A DNA stretch of 64,000 nt, taken from Takakia lepidozioides. Taxonomy: Eukaryota > Plantae > Bryophyta. The notes beneath the pieces are model-generated. The model was not told the DNA's origin. It worked only from the letters and a program-made list of their open reading frames with translations, and did not search any database. A program made the position numbers and the translations under genes. Within the stretch, counting starts at the first letter, position 1. Every line of letters starts with the position of its first letter. Where the stretch lies: assembly GCA_030704615.1 (NCBI GenBank), contig CM060733.1:12338001-12402000 (forward strand). The letters are read 5' to 3'. This document shows positions 63,107-64,000 of the stretch, piece by piece.

Positions 63107-63650
63107 GTGAGAATGGCTGCAGCTTCAACAGTCGTAGATTACATCAGCGAGAACCTTGCCAAGTGTTCTTGTAAGCCTATTGGTCGTGACCACGCCTATT
63201 GGGCTTGGTATGGAAGATATGTTGATCCTCGTGTTTGGATCCCACAACAAAAGGAACCTGATTACCTTGGTATGTACTTATCCCACTGTTTGTTGTTTAT
63301 GGAGAATTTGATCTTGAAAGTGTTTTCCATTTGCACTTTTACCTTATCATTTTTTCTACAAATGTTCCACATATCAGCTGACATTTGTCATATGAAAATT
63401 ATTTTGCCCAGTCATATTCAAGGAGCGAATTCGAAAAGAAGAAGAAGAGCTTCGTGATTGGTAAGAATGGCGGGCTTCCCGGCAAGCTTCAAGGGCATCA
63501 AGAGATTCAACAAGTAGAGTTCCAAGTAACATTTCGGATGATAATGTTATTACTAGGTTCGAGTTTTCCGAAAGTATTTCCATTTCCTTTGGTGCGGAGA
63601 CCGTTGCAAGTGGTTGTGGTAACCGGAGGCGTCTCGAACACATGCCTTGA
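63107..63650 (+). pseudogene. C-terminal continuation of NIF copy 4 and the next exon of the element A downstream gene
   Basis: VRMAAASTVVDYISEN...KPIG..YW completes the WPYL..L..A..V..Y...G pattern of the other copies. Donor GTATGT at 63270; acceptor near 63410 leads to IFKERIRKEEEELRDW. Confidence 0.6.
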
Positions 63651-64000
63651 CTGCGAGCCGTTTGGGAGGAGGCTCTGTAATATTAATGGGTTAGTGTAAG
63701 CCGTTGTATGGCTTCGAGCCGCTGGATAACTTTAAGTCCAACAGATGTACAGTTGACGTTACATTATGTCTGACTACAACGCCAAAGTTGCAATTTCTAA
63801 TAAAATATGAATGTTTATCATCAATGTATGTAGACTCATTCTTTCATGTCATCACCTTCATCACATGCCATGATTGTTCTATGTTTGGTTTTGTATGTCA
63901 TCTGATATGGACAACCATTTTGTGCAAAAAGTTTTACATATCTGACCTCACATCATGGTGTAATTTATTGCATCCTCCCATTTTTTTCGTGAACGTCAAC

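Larger units (their letters stand above)
40409..64000 (+). mobile_element. CACTA (En/Spm) element A; right end lies beyond the window; interrupted by element B and partly inverted
   Basis: Left terminus CACTAGTACAAAAAACGGGTTT at 40409 (left flank CAT); ATGACT(C)/GAGTCAT subterminal repeats to ~41080; internal TnpA-like and transposase genes. Confidence 0.85.

Overview
Repeat-rich nuclear DNA of a land plant, probably a non-seed lineage (inferred from spliced plant genes plus a captured tubulin-glutamylase-like TTLL fragment). The left 19 kb holds three host genes: the 5' part of a beta-hexosaminidase (- strand, runs off the window), an intronless DUF616/MUCI70-like glycosyltransferase (+), and an 8-exon, 995-aa HMA5-like Cu(+) P1B-ATPase (-) with a 5'-truncated LINE in intron 5. 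From 19 to 37 kb there is transposon debris: PIF/Harbinger-type MITEs, a TTAA-flanked piggyBac-like element, LINE and LTR remnants, and inverted 120-bp repeat arrays. From 37 to 64 kb there is a nest of decayed CACTA (En/Spm) elements rearranged by a ~7.5-kb inversion (~55611-63106). The main observation is four divergent FCP1/SCP-like (NIF family, HAD) phosphatase domains in this nest. Two sit inside the TnpA-like accessory gene of two different CACTA families, and two head a separate spliced gene. This suggests a transposon-encoded phosphatase or pseudophosphatase module. All domain calls are from motif recognition by eye; no searches were run.
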